The notes under the pieces are model-generated. The model was not told where the DNA came from and ran no database searches. It saw only the letters and a program-made list of their open reading frames with translations. The translations under genes were made by a program, and so were the position numbers. From positions 35,867 through 99,866 of the forward strand of contig CAWJKH010000004.1 of NCBI GenBank assembly GCA_963843515.1: 64,000 bases of DNA, in the 5' to 3' direction. Source of the stretch: an uncultured Actinomycetota bacterium. Lineage in GTDB: Bacteria > Actinomycetota > Thermoleophilia > RBG-16-64-13. Below, piece after piece: positions 41,387 through 51,361 of the stretch (the first letter of the stretch is position 1; the number at the start of each line of letters is the position of its first letter).

Positions 41387-43381
41387 CTAGGGCGAGTGGC
41401 TCACCCCGAGGTCTTCATCGAGTTCGGCAAGATCTTTCATCTTGCACAGCGCGTGATTCCAGAGCACGTCGTGGATGAACGCGGGGAAGATCAAGCGCGC
41501 GGCGCGCCAGCCCAGGCGCCCGAAGATGCTCTTCCCTCGGGGAAAGTTGAAGCCGACATATATCGTGAGCAAACTCACCCCGGGTCGCACGGTGTCCACG
41601 TCGAAATTCAGGATCCCCCCTCGAGCGAAGCCATCGACCACCCGGTATAGGAGATACCTGTTGTCTGCAAACTTCTCTAGGACGAGCTCGAGCGACAGCA
41701 ACGAAGGCGTCACGTGGTAGCGGATGGACGTTCCCACCACGTTTGGCGCGCCGCGGGTGCGCCGCACCTGGATGAACCGCGGGGTGAAGTATTCGTTGTC
41801 GGGGTCGCCGAATTTTCCGAGCTGTCGGAGGATCGCCTGAGTCCCAGCTCTCATCTTTATCGAGTACATCTTCTCCCATCTGGGCCGGTCGCTTGGGAGC
41901 AGATACATCCAGATCTCCTGGCGTTTGCTCTTGACCGTTTCGACCGCTACGGCTGTCGGATAACGCCCGAAACCCTCCCAGGAAAGCCCGAACAACCGCT
42001 CGGTAAGGTAGTTCCGAACCGTGGCCAGCAGGCCACCCACGACGATGGACCAGATCGAGGCGGGCCGGATCATTATCCCGAAAATGCGGCGATAGCTGTC
42101 GTCTCCGCTGGCGATCTTCCAGAGCACGCTGTTCAGCTGGCGCCGTGGCTGCCGCTTGGTTTCTCGCTCGGTGATGAGCGCTTGGTAGACGACCCGGCTC
42201 AGCTGGGGGTTCGAAAGGACCACTCGGCTGAGCGTGAAGACCACCCGTCCGAAGCGATTATCCAGGTCGAAGCGCTTTACGATCGGCGCGTATTGTTTCT
42301 TCAGACTCGCGCGGTCGCCGCCTGTGCTCAAGATGCAGTCGGCCAAGGCGGAACTGGTCACGTACGCTGAGAACAGACCATCTTGGTGAAGGCGAGACAC
42401 GACGGCGTCGCCGACAAGCGCGATGCCATCGGAGAAGTAGTGCTTGGCCGCCTGCACGGACATGTTGGCATGGCGGGCGCAGACCGTTTGAAGATGGGCG
42501 CCGCGAGGGAGTACCCGCCTGATGTGAGGCAAGGCCATGAAGCGGTCGACGATCTCTGGATACTCGGTGCGGTCGGCCCGGTCGACGCTCTTGCCCAAGA
42601 TCACTACCTCTATCACTTTGCTCCTCGGTGTGAGCGAAGACATCTCGACGGGTAGATCGCGTGAGCCGTATTGAGCAAAGTGGACTTCTCCCTCCATGCT
42701 CCGGAGAAGGTCTTCCTCGGCCAGCATTTCCGAAATAGCGGCCTTGCGCAGCTTGGGCGGACGAAGCTTGGGCATCATTCTGGCCAAAGATCCAAGAAGC
42801 GGGTCGGCCCTGAGTTCCATTCCAGGACTCGCGTTGACACCTGCCGCGACTGCGAGAAAGTCGGCTTCGATCTCGTTTTCGGACTCCCGTGTCGCCAGAC
42901 GGTAGCTGACAACAGGTCTGCCGCTGGCCGATCGCCGGACTTCCCGGACCTCGGCGGTCAGAACCTGTGCGCCTTCCTCGACCGCTCGGTCAAGTAGGAA
43001 GGAGTCCAGATTCGTGTACCGCCTTTCGCGTTGCCTAGGGCTTGACCCACGGAACACCGTCAACATCTCGCGCCCAGCGGGAACAGGTATTCGGATGCTG
43101 TTCCAGTCCCCATGTACGGTGATCTCGGTTGCTCGTGTCTCGATGATCTCCTCTGGGATCGAGATGCCATTCTCTTTGAGAACGTCGACCAACTGGGGGG
43201 ATATGCCGCCGGCGCAATGGTTGCAGCCCTCCCACGAGTAGAAAGCCACCGGCTGAAAGAGGCAAACCTCAGACTTCTTTTCGAGGATGGTTAAGTCGAG
43301 TGTCCGGCCCAACTCCCGAGCGCGCTTGAGCGCCCGAATGGCAAAGAAGGACCCGACTGGACCGCCGCCGATCACGACCAC
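41387..43381 (-). CDS. FAD-dependent oxidoreductase fused to ~280-aa C-terminal domain of unknown function
   Basis: GTG start is preceded by GGAGAGG. VVVIGGGPVGSFFA is a GxGxxG FAD-binding motif and the N-terminal half is geranylgeranyl-reductase-like. The C-terminal half is unassigned. Confidence 0.6.
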   Translation of the reverse strand: MVVIGGGPVGSFFAIRALKRARELGRTLDLTILEKKSEVCLFQPVAFYSWEGCNHCAGGISPQLVDVLKENGISIPEEIIETRATEITVHGDWNSIRIPVPAGREMLTVFRGSSPRQRERRYTNLDSFLLDRAVEEGAQVLTAEVREVRRSASGRPVVSYRLATRESENEIEADFLAVAAGVNASPGMELRADPLLGSLARMMPKLRPPKLRKAAISEMLAEEDLLRSMEGEVHFAQYGSRDLPVEMSSLTPRSKVIEVVILGKSVDRADRTEYPEIVDRFMALPHIRRVLPRGAHLQTVCARHANMSVQAAKHYFSDGIALVGDAVVSRLHQDGLFSAYVTSSALADCILSTGGDRASLKKQYAPIVKRFDLDNRFGRVVFTLSRVVLSNPQLSRVVYQALITERETKRQPRRQLNSVLWKIASGDDSYRRIFGIMIRPASIWSIVVGGLLATVRNYLTERLFGLSWEGFGRYPTAVAVETVKSKRQEIWMYLLPSDRPRWEKMYSIKMRAGTQAILRQLGKFGDPDNEYFTPRFIQVRRTRGAPNVVGTSIRYHVTPSLLSLELVLEKFADNRYLLYRVVDGFARGGILNFDVDTVRPGVSLLTIYVGFNFPRGKSIFGRLGWRAARLIFPAFIHDVLWNHALCKMKDLAELDEDLGVSHSP

Positions 43382-43627
43382 GGTCGCCCTCTCCGGTAGC
43401 TCCCGGCCAGGCGCGTTTTCGCACTTCCGGATCCCCAATCGGCTGCCGAGCTCCTTTACGAGCCCCAACTCAGATCACCCATGATAATCGGGGTGCCGGC
43501 AGAAGCGAAATCAGAGTGAGTCTAGCCATTTCGCGCTCGCAGGCCCCGCCCGCTACACGGGCGCCGACCATTCCAAGCTCCGGCCTGACCGGCCGCATTG
43601 GACATCTTCCTCACGAAGGGCCGTGGA

Positions 43628-43912
43628 TCAGGCGTCCATCGTAACGAACTCGTCTATGACCTCCGGCTTCACATCGCCACGGTCGCCGGCCCAGCCGATG
43701 AGCTCTCGCAGCTCGGTGGAATCTGCGAATTTTCGCGCTTTGGCGAGATCGTCGAATTCCAGCAGAGCAACATAAAGAGTCGAATCCGCGGGATCGCGGA
43801 ACAGCCGAGCGCTCTTGCATCCGTTCACCCGACGCCGCGAGGAGTCTGCCTCGAATATCTCCCTCAGCTGCTCGATGCTCTTCACCTTGTGATGAATCAG
43901 AACGTATGGCAT
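43628..43912 (-). CDS. Small ABM/Dabb-like alpha+beta barrel protein
   Basis: 94 aa; MPYVLIHHKV...YVALLEFDD pattern. Confidence 0.4.
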   Translation of the reverse strand: MPYVLIHHKVKSIEQLREIFEADSSRRRVNGCKSARLFRDPADSTLYVALLEFDDLAKARKFADSTELRELIGWAGDRGDVKPEVIDEFVTMDA

Positions 43913-44187
43913 TGTCCTACCCCTTTCGTGAACTGACTGCGGTCCTGTGCAAACCCCCCGTCCGGACCCCTTCCTTTGGTCCGCACTGATAGCAGGACCA
44001 TAACAGGTGGGAGCCTGAGGGGTGGGCCGGTGGTAGGGCTTTGTCTGTCAAGTTGTGCGAGAACTAGCCACGGTGTCAATGGTGTAGCCTTGATAGTGGA
44101 AGAGACGCGCATTCTCTCCCCAGTCGCCTCACCGATCTCCATCCCCACTGAAACGTAGGAGCCCGGCCGGTTTTTCCGCCGGCCGGG

Positions 44188-44511
44188 TCAGTGCTTCGCC
44201 ATGCCGCTGATCATGGCTTCGAGGGCCTTCGAAGCGGTGTCAAGCGCCTTATTCAAGTCCACCAAACCGTAGATCTGTATGTCCGCAAAAGCTCCGAAGG
44301 GGAACTCCGCCATGATCTCATCAAGTTCCTCCAGAGAGCCGACGTTAAGGATGGCGCCGCCCGCGCTCAGGCCTGCGAAGCCCCACGACTGTTCTACCTT
44401 GCCCGCTGCGGTGTAACGGGCGTTAAACGCCTTCATCGCTGCGAGCAGGCCCAGCGTCATCTCCGGTGGCGCAGGGGTCTTTTGATTCGTGACAACCAGA
44501 TACTTCATGGG
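44188..44511 (-). CDS. DUF3303-like small protein
   Basis: MKYLVVTNQK..., about 107 aa. Confidence 0.35.
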   Translation of the reverse strand, partial: PMKYLVVTNQKTPAPPEMTLGLLAAMKAFNARYTAAGKVEQSWGFAGLSAGGAILNVGSLEELDEIMAEFPFGAFADIQIYGLVDLNKALDTASKALEAMISGMAKH

Positions 44512-44747
44512 GCACCTCCCCGATGCGCGCGTTGCTGACGGCCGGGGAGTACCCGTGCTAGGCAGATAGGAAACGACCACGGCAGCAGTTTTACCTCTTT
44601 CTTCCCGAGTCTTTCTCCTTTCTGCACCCCCGCCTTGCGCTCGCTCCCTAGACTGAAGAACTCGACGGACCGCAATCTTGAACTCGTCCAGGCGGCGAGG
44701 TCAAAGGCGACGAGGTTGATGCAGCCGCGTGATTACCCGAGACAAGT

Positions 44748-44950
44748 CCCCCCGGCTGACAAGGCTTGGCAAGTGCCGAACGGGGCACCCCTGGAATGAT
44801 CCTACCGTCACCAGCCAGACTCTTGTTGTCCGGTGAGTTCCCGTCCGTTTGCTGCTGACGAGTTTGCCACCGAATTGCCACCGAACTCGCCCGAAAAACG
44901 CGAAAACCCGACCTCAGTGACCCGGTTCAACAAGGCGTTCTTGGTTGACT
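44748..44950 (+). repeat. Composite repeat copy with 5' module, lacking 3' tRNA-like module
   Basis: CCCCCGGCTGACAAGGCTTGGCAAGTGCCGAACGGGGCACCCCTGGAATGATCC ... GTTTGCTGCTGACGAGTTTGCCACCGAATTGCCACCGAACTCGCC. Confidence 0.65.
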
Positions 44951-44951
44951 G

Positions 44952-45476
44952 CTACGACGATGGGACAGTCGCTTGGATGAGATTGCCCCACTCATTGGTC
45001 GCGGCATCGAACGCGGTCGAGAGTGTGGCGGCGAACGAGCTGCCCATGTCAAACGCGGCTTGGTCTCGGTTTTCGGCGGAAATAACGATCTTGTCGATCA
45101 TGGCGAGCAGCGCGTCCATACTACCCACCAGTTTCTGGTGAGCCGCGACGAGAGCCGCCGGGGCCGTCGTCGGGACCTGGATGGCGTGGAGTTGGTCGAC
45201 GGCGCTGTGGAGGGCGGCGTTGGACGCCCTTACTACCTGGATCTCGGCATCGGTGAGCCTCGTAACGTCGCCCAACACGGGCGCCTCTGGTAGCTCGCTG
45301 ACCGCCTCGCCCCAGGCCTTCATCTCTGCGGCGTACTTCCTTAGGTCCTCACTGATTGCAGCGGTTACGGTGGGTGACCCCGTGGCGCTGGTGGTGCTCG
45401 TCGTGGCTGGTGCGGCCGTAGCGGTGGTCGTCACCGGCTGGGTCGTGGTGGTGCTCTCTCCTCCGCACGCGGCCAC
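44952..45476 (-). CDS. Lipoprotein (true start upstream, ~45545)
   Basis: The same frame upstream encodes SLVLLLLALAVAAC just before MAACGG. Thr-rich linker. Confidence 0.45.
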   Translation of the reverse strand: MAACGGESTTTTQPVTTTATAAPATTSTTSATGSPTVTAAISEDLRKYAAEMKAWGEAVSELPEAPVLGDVTRLTDAEIQVVRASNAALHSAVDQLHAIQVPTTAPAALVAAHQKLVGSMDALLAMIDKIVISAENRDQAAFDMGSSFAATLSTAFDAATNEWGNLIQATVPSS

Positions 45477-45675
45477 CGCCAGAGCTAGCAGCAGCAGGAC
45501 AAGGGACCTACCTCCTAGTCGGGCGACCCGGCATCCGATAAGAGGCGGAGGCGCTCGTGGACCCGCGCATACCCCTCACTGGCTGCCGTCCTGAGCTGTC
45601 CATGAGGGGAGCTACGAACCCCCGCATAGTAACTTCACTATATGCCAGTCGCATTCCATGTCAACAGAGAGAGCA

Positions 45676-45945
<270 letters not shown>

Positions 45946-46062
45946 TCGCGGATTGTGCCTGGGAGCGTCTTTTTCGTACCGGCGCCTGGGAGCAGGTTTC
46001 ACCCCCCGCCTTCCAGGGGATGACCAAGACACAGTTGTCGACCGCTCAAAGGAGGTAGAGAG

Positions 46063-46275
46063 ATGAGTGATGAGACTCCTGTACTGCGGGAAATGCGTCT
46101 TGACCATGATCTCAACGAGCGCCTGACGCACACAAAGGTCGATCCGGCATTCCGTCAGATGAGCGAGGGTCTCCGCCGGGAGGTCGTCGACCTCATCGCG
46201 AACCCGGGCAGGATGGGACTATCTTGCTGTATTGAGGGATGCTGCGTGAGTTGGTGCTGCATTAGGATCACCTGA
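46063..46275 (+). CDS. Putative RiPP precursor peptide, Cys-pair-rich C-terminus (SCIFF/ranthipeptide-like)
   Basis: 70 aa. AAGGAGGT lies 6 nt before the ATG. Helical leader with core ...GLSCCIEGCCVSWCCIRIT. Directly upstream of the rSAM/SPASM gene. Confidence 0.6.
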   Translation: MSDETPVLREMRLDHDLNERLTHTKVDPAFRQMSEGLRREVVDLIANPGRMGLSCCIEGCCVSWCCIRIT

Positions 46276-46299
46276 GCTACTGCGTGACCGATAGGCCTT

Positions 46300-46329
46300 G
46301 AAGCGGGCGTCCCCAGGGGTGCCCGCTTC
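46300..46329 (+). promoter_or_regulatory. Strong stem-loop between precursor and maturase (attenuator/partial terminator candidate)
   Basis: GAAGCGGGC gtccccaggggt GCCCGCTTC: a 9-bp GC-rich stem 25 nt after the precursor stop. Confidence 0.45.
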
Positions 46330-46338
46330 AGTAACTGA

Positions 46339-47790
46339 GTGGCGCATGTCTGGGGAAAGGACCACCCCGTGGGTACGATCGTCTACCCGAGCCGATACAA
46401 CCATCTCGTCCGGATAGCCACCTCAAACCGAGACTCCGTTCCCGTTGTGTGCAATCTGTTGTTCGGCGCTGCTGACGTCACCAACGAGGAGGTCTATCAG
46501 CTGTTTTGGCGAGGGGCGGAGACTGGAGTCATCGATACCGAGGGTCTGACACCAGAGACTCTTGCTCATTTCGTGGACCATGGCTTCCTTTGGTATGAAG
46601 CGTCCGCAGAGGAGGAGGTGGTAGCCAAGCTCGGCGCTTCCTTCGGCGGAAGGGACGAGATCGCAGCTGGCCTTGGCGGGGGGCATTACGGATTCATCAC
46701 CTCACTCGACTGCAACCTTGCTTGCCCGTACTGTTTCCAGCGGGAGAGGGCTGACTCTGTCGGCTTCCTGACTAGCCGGCAGGTCGACCTAGCAATAGAG
46801 GCAATACGAGAGTGCGAGGCTCGCGTGGAGGCTCTGGCTGGGAAGCCTACGCTGCCCAAGATCTCGATCACGGGGGGCGAACCCCTTCTCCAGAACGGAC
46901 TCAGTGTCGAGGTGCTCGACTATCTGATGCTTCGGCTGGACGAGTTGGGGTGGCCCTTCAGCCTCACTACCAATGGGACAGAGCTTGGGCGGTTTGTGGA
47001 CCGGCATGATGTGACGCCACGTTGCCGTAACATCCAAGTCACACTCGATGGGCCCAGGAACATCCACGACCTCCGACGATGCTTCCGAGGCGGCCAGCCC
47101 TCCTTTGATAGGATCGTTGCTGGCATGGATAGCGCCCTTGCCGCTGGCTGGAATATCACACTCCGGGTGAACTTGGATCTGTCGAATGTGGCGCACCTTC
47201 CCGAGTTGGGGTTCTTCATCCGTGATGAGAAACAGTGGGCACGGAATTCCAAGTTCTCAGCCTACGTCTCTCCGGTTACGGACCACGGGCCTCTTGAGTG
47301 CGATGTGGGCGCGTCCGACGAGGCTGACCTGCTCAAAGAGCTGCTAGGGGTAGTAGACGGCGCACCCTGGCTCCGCGATGTGTTCGATATCCGGCACTTC
47401 CGAGGCTTCAACTATGTGGAGCAAATGCTTGTCGGCCAGACCCCTCGGTTCCCAGTAATTACCAGGTGCGAGGCAATCTCAGGGATGTACATCTTCGACC
47501 CAGGGGGGAATATCTACGTTTGCTTGGAGTCCGTTGGTGAGCCCTTGCGGCGGGTCGGGCGATACGATCCCAGGTTAGAGATCGACCATGCGCTGGCAAC
47601 GCGTTGGTCGGACCGCCAAGTCCTCAAGATCCCCGAGTGTGGGGAGTGCAAGATCCGCTTCGTATGCGCGGGTGGGTGCGCCATCGAAGCCTCCAACAAA
47701 GGGCGAGATGCGGCGTGCATGCCGTTCTTGGAGGAAATGGAGACAGCCTGGGATTACTTCGGCCGCACCAGGCCCGATCTGATCCCCTAG
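46339..47790 (+). CDS. Radical SAM / SPASM-domain peptide maturase with N-terminal RRE-like region
   Basis: CNLACPYC (Cx3Cx2C) and a C-terminal CGECKIRFVCAGGC SPASM motif. About 110 aa precede the rSAM core. GTG start. Confidence 0.8.
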   Translation: MAHVWGKDHPVGTIVYPSRYNHLVRIATSNRDSVPVVCNLLFGAADVTNEEVYQLFWRGAETGVIDTEGLTPETLAHFVDHGFLWYEASAEEEVVAKLGASFGGRDEIAAGLGGGHYGFITSLDCNLACPYCFQRERADSVGFLTSRQVDLAIEAIRECEARVEALAGKPTLPKISITGGEPLLQNGLSVEVLDYLMLRLDELGWPFSLTTNGTELGRFVDRHDVTPRCRNIQVTLDGPRNIHDLRRCFRGGQPSFDRIVAGMDSALAAGWNITLRVNLDLSNVAHLPELGFFIRDEKQWARNSKFSAYVSPVTDHGPLECDVGASDEADLLKELLGVVDGAPWLRDVFDIRHFRGFNYVEQMLVGQTPRFPVITRCEAISGMYIFDPGGNIYVCLESVGEPLRRVGRYDPRLEIDHALATRWSDRQVLKIPECGECKIRFVCAGGCAIEASNKGRDAACMPFLEEMETAWDYFGRTRPDLIP

Positions 47791-47822
47791 CGAGTGCCAA
47801 ACTCCGAATCTCGCCTATCTAG

Positions 47823-48269
47823 AACCGGCGGACCCCAGAAGGGCCTTTACTAGCCTGGTTCTCCGCTCCCATCGAGAAGGTCTGGGAGGCCTTGACCACA
47901 CCAGACGTGATCAAGCAGTGGTTCTTCGGTGTCGACACCGAGACTGACTGGAAAGTCGGGAGCCGTCTAATTCATCGGGGCCGGTAGCAGGGCAGGCCTT
48001 ACGAGGCCAGAGGCGAGATTGTCCGGTTCGATCCTCCCGAACTCCTAGTGCATACCCACTGGAGCGAACTATCGGGCAAGTCCGATAGCCCGGAGCACTA
48101 TCAAGAGGTGTCCTGGGTGCTATCTAGGGGCGGCGCGGCGACGGAACTCACGATTAGGGAGCGCAATCTTCCGTCGGAGGAGGTGAGAGCCGTTTCGGAA
48201 GAAACCTGGCGGATCGTTCTCAAGAACATCAAGGACCTGGTTGAGAGCGAGGTAGGCAGGGCCGGCTGA
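47823..48269 (+). pseudogene. SRPBCC / AHSA1-domain protein, disrupted (no start codon, in-frame TAG)
   Basis: AWFSAPIEKVWEALTTPDVIKQWFF...GSRLIHRGR*QGRPYEARGEIVRFDPPELLVHTHW. There is an in-frame TAG at about 47986 and no initiator after the upstream stop. Confidence 0.5.
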
Positions 48270-48349
48270 TCCCCAGCACTTGCCGCCGACGATTGGGGCC
48301 TGACTGTCACGCGGTGTTCGGGTCCGCCTCAGTCCGTCTGCTGCTGACG
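48270..48349 (+). repeat. 5' part of a repeat copy split by IS481 insertion
   Basis: Ends ...CAGTCCGTCTGCTGCTGACG immediately before the IS. Confidence 0.6.
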
Positions 48350-50084
48350 TGTCAAGTCCCAGTACCCGCTTTACACTCTGGCTCCGGTTCCTTCTTTACA
48401 GTCAATTCGGCCCCGATCGGGAATGTCGATTTCTCTAGGAGGCTTTGAGCTTCCTCGGTCTGCCTTTGCGAACGCCGAAGGCGCCGTGCTCCTTCTCCTT
48501 GTCGTGCCGAGCGGGATGGGTGCGGATGAGCTTGCCCCCGGCCCAGATCTGGACCGTGTCTCCCGCCAGGCGCACCTCCACCTGCTTGCCGGCGAAAGCC
48601 GTGCCCACCCGATAGGCGGTGCCGGCGAAGCTCAGGTCACCCCGGGAGTCCACTTGGCGAAGGACGGCTGGGTGAGCCAGCTGCGACCTGACTCCCGTCC
48701 CGTGCTGCCGCCTTCTGAGCGCCGGCTCTTCCGCCTCCTCCCGGTGCTTGCGGGCAAGCGTGGCCACGAGCACGTCGTGGTGGAAGATGTTGACCAGGCC
48801 GTCAGGGCCGAACTCGATCTCCACCGTTTTCCCACCTAGGAACCGGCCCACGGTATAGTCAGCCCCCGCCAGGCGCAGGCGCCCGTTCTCGCTCACCTTG
48901 CGGATGGCTCGAGGACCATGAGGCGGGAGGTGGTCCGCCTGTTCCCACTCGGGAGCTTCCTCGGGAAGGAGCGGCCAGAGCCCCTCGGAAGCCGCAGCGG
49001 CGAAGCGATCATGGGGTGAGGCCATACCGATGCCCTGGTGGGGCCGCTCGGTGTTATAGAAGGCCACCCAGGCGTCCAGTTCGGTCTGGGCTTCCTCGAG
49101 CGAGGCGAAGACCCTCCCCGCTAAGAACTCCTTCCGGACGGTCTTGTGGAAGCGCTCCACCTTGCCGGTCGTCGTCGGGGAGCGGGGAGCGGTGAGCAGA
49201 TGCCGGATGCCGTTCTCCCGACAGATGCGGTCGAAGAGCACCTCACCGCGGCTGGGACCGAAGCGGCTCGTGAACACCTTGCCGTTGTCGGTGAGGATCT
49301 GGTCGGGGACGCCATAGCGGCGAAGAGCGAGAGCGAGAGCTTCGCATACCGGCCGGGCCGTGGCCCGGGGCACACAAAGCGCCGAGACGCAGAAGCGGGA
49401 GTGATCATCCAATCCGGTGATGATCTTGAGCTCGGAGCCGTCTTCAAGCTTCACCCCGCCCATGATGTCCATCTGCCAGAGCTCCATGGACCTGCTCCTT
49501 TCCCAGCGCTTATAGTGCTCCCGGCGCCTTCGCCTTTTCGTGGGGTCGATGAGTCCGTGGCGGACGAGACAGCGATAGATGGAGGAACGCCCCGGCAGAG
49601 GTTCCACCCCAGCTCGGGCCAGCTCATGACGGATAGTGCGCGGGCCCCATAAGGGGTGAGTCCGGCGGAGCCCAAGCACCTGGGCTATCACTTCGGGTGG
49701 CATCTGGTGGGGGCAGGATGCTGGCCGGCAGGGGTGGTCCAGAAGACCGGCGATGCCTGATGCTGCATAGCGCCGGAGCCAGGTGTGCACCGTCTGACGG
49801 GTCACCCCATAGCGACGAGCCACGTCGGTGATCGGGGTGCCGCCCATGACCTCGAGGACCGCTTTGTGCCGTTGTTCCACCAGTCCCAGCTTGACGAGCA
49901 TGGTGTCGACCTCCCTCGATACGAGCCATTTCTGACCGTATCGGAGGGATTGGGACCGGAGGCAAAGAGAAGGCAAGTGTCAAATAGGTACCGGAGCCAG
50001 TGTCGCCCAGGTACCGGAGCCGCGTCCTGAAACTGTCAAGCACCTACCGGAGCCAATGTGTCAAGTATCTACCGGGACAACACA
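48350..50084 (-). mobile_element. IS481-family insertion sequence
   Basis: Both termini begin TGT (TGTCAAGTCCC / TGTGTTGTCCC). It is flanked by a 14-bp direct repeat GTCTGCTGCTGACG. The transposase-proximal end carries three copies of an ~25-bp motif (TGTCAA[AG]...TACCGGAGCC). Confidence 0.7.
48435..49901 (-). CDS. IS481 family transposase (DDE, rve core)
   Basis: N-terminal HTH, ITGLDDHSRF...LTDNG...YNTERPHQG. Start at MLVKLG. Confidence 0.8.
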   Translation of the reverse strand: MLVKLGLVEQRHKAVLEVMGGTPITDVARRYGVTRQTVHTWLRRYAASGIAGLLDHPCRPASCPHQMPPEVIAQVLGLRRTHPLWGPRTIRHELARAGVEPLPGRSSIYRCLVRHGLIDPTKRRRRREHYKRWERSRSMELWQMDIMGGVKLEDGSELKIITGLDDHSRFCVSALCVPRATARPVCEALALALRRYGVPDQILTDNGKVFTSRFGPSRGEVLFDRICRENGIRHLLTAPRSPTTTGKVERFHKTVRKEFLAGRVFASLEEAQTELDAWVAFYNTERPHQGIGMASPHDRFAAAASEGLWPLLPEEAPEWEQADHLPPHGPRAIRKVSENGRLRLAGADYTVGRFLGGKTVEIEFGPDGLVNIFHHDVLVATLARKHREEAEEPALRRRQHGTGVRSQLAHPAVLRQVDSRGDLSFAGTAYRVGTAFAGKQVEVRLAGDTVQIWAGGKLIRTHPARHDKEKEHGAFGVRKGRPRKLKAS

Positions 50085-50245
<161 letters not shown>

Positions 50246-50439
50246 TCGAGACCGCCGCATTAAGCCAGCTCTGCCACCTCTCCAAAGCGCAACCGGGATT
50301 GTAGCGGATAGACCGCGCTGGCGCGCCTCGGATGGGGCCGAGCCCCTGTGTGGGACTCGCCCCTCTCGTCTGGGCCCATGCGCGGAAGAGTGGCCCAGCT
50401 CATAGGGCAGCTCGGCCACGTTCCGCCTGCCGCGGCGTC

Positions 50440-51232
50440 TCAGTCGCTATCGGGGGGCCTGGCTCGGGGCGGGTCGTAGCAGATCGCGTCGTCGCTCCAG
50501 TACGCCTGCCTGCAGTAGTGGCTGTAGAGTTCGGTCTCGTACTCTCTCGTGACGGGAGCGTCCACGTCGTAGGCCGGCGCGCCCTTGATGGCCTCCCGGG
50601 TCATTTCCACCGACAGGGTGAAGTGCTCCCAGTCCACTGTCGTCCACTGCGGGGGCAGTAGGACGTGCTTGCTCGAGAACCAACCCCGAGTGTCGATCAC
50701 CAGATAGCGGATGGCCCAGTCCTCAGCCGAGAGCAGGAGGTCGGTGATGCGGCCGACCTCGCCGTCTGTGGCGGTAACCGAATATCCGCCGAAACCGGCG
50801 ACGTCCTTGGCGCTGTAAAGGTTGCTGTCCCAGGACGCTCTCTCCTCGAGCGACACGGCGGCCTCGGGCGGCAGCGGCGCGGTCAGCGTCCCCCAGGCGA
50901 AGGGCCCCACCCAGTAGGGCGAATAGCCGTAGTATTCGTTGTAGGCGATCTCGAACTGGCGCGAGACAGGGGGATGCTCGTCCGGGGCAGGACTGCGCTC
51001 CATCTGCGCTTTGGTCAAGATGCTCTCGATCGTCTTGGTGTCTCGGTCGACGCCGGAGAGCGCACGAGGAGACACCAGCATTCGCTTCTGCACCAGCCAG
51101 CCGCCGGTGTCCACCACGAGATACCGGACCGTCCAGAAACGGTCGTCGAAGTAGAGGTCCTCGATCGTACCGGTCTTGCCGTCACGTGAGTGGAATGCGT
51201 ATCCCCGTAGCTCCTCGGCTTTGTACAGCATG
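50440..51232 (-). CDS. Tandem PRC-barrel domain protein
   Basis: Two repeats of the G..G.I.DL..D....IRYLV.D..GW pattern. Confidence 0.6.
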
Positions 51233-51361
51233 GCTCGTTCCTCTCTCCGCGGTGCCCGCGCGGGCGGGGTTGGGAAAGCCGGGCCGGCTTCCAAGGCAGG
51301 CATACCCGGGGCAGGGAGGACACAAACGAAAGACGGGGAGGGAAGGCTCGGCCGAGTCCAG

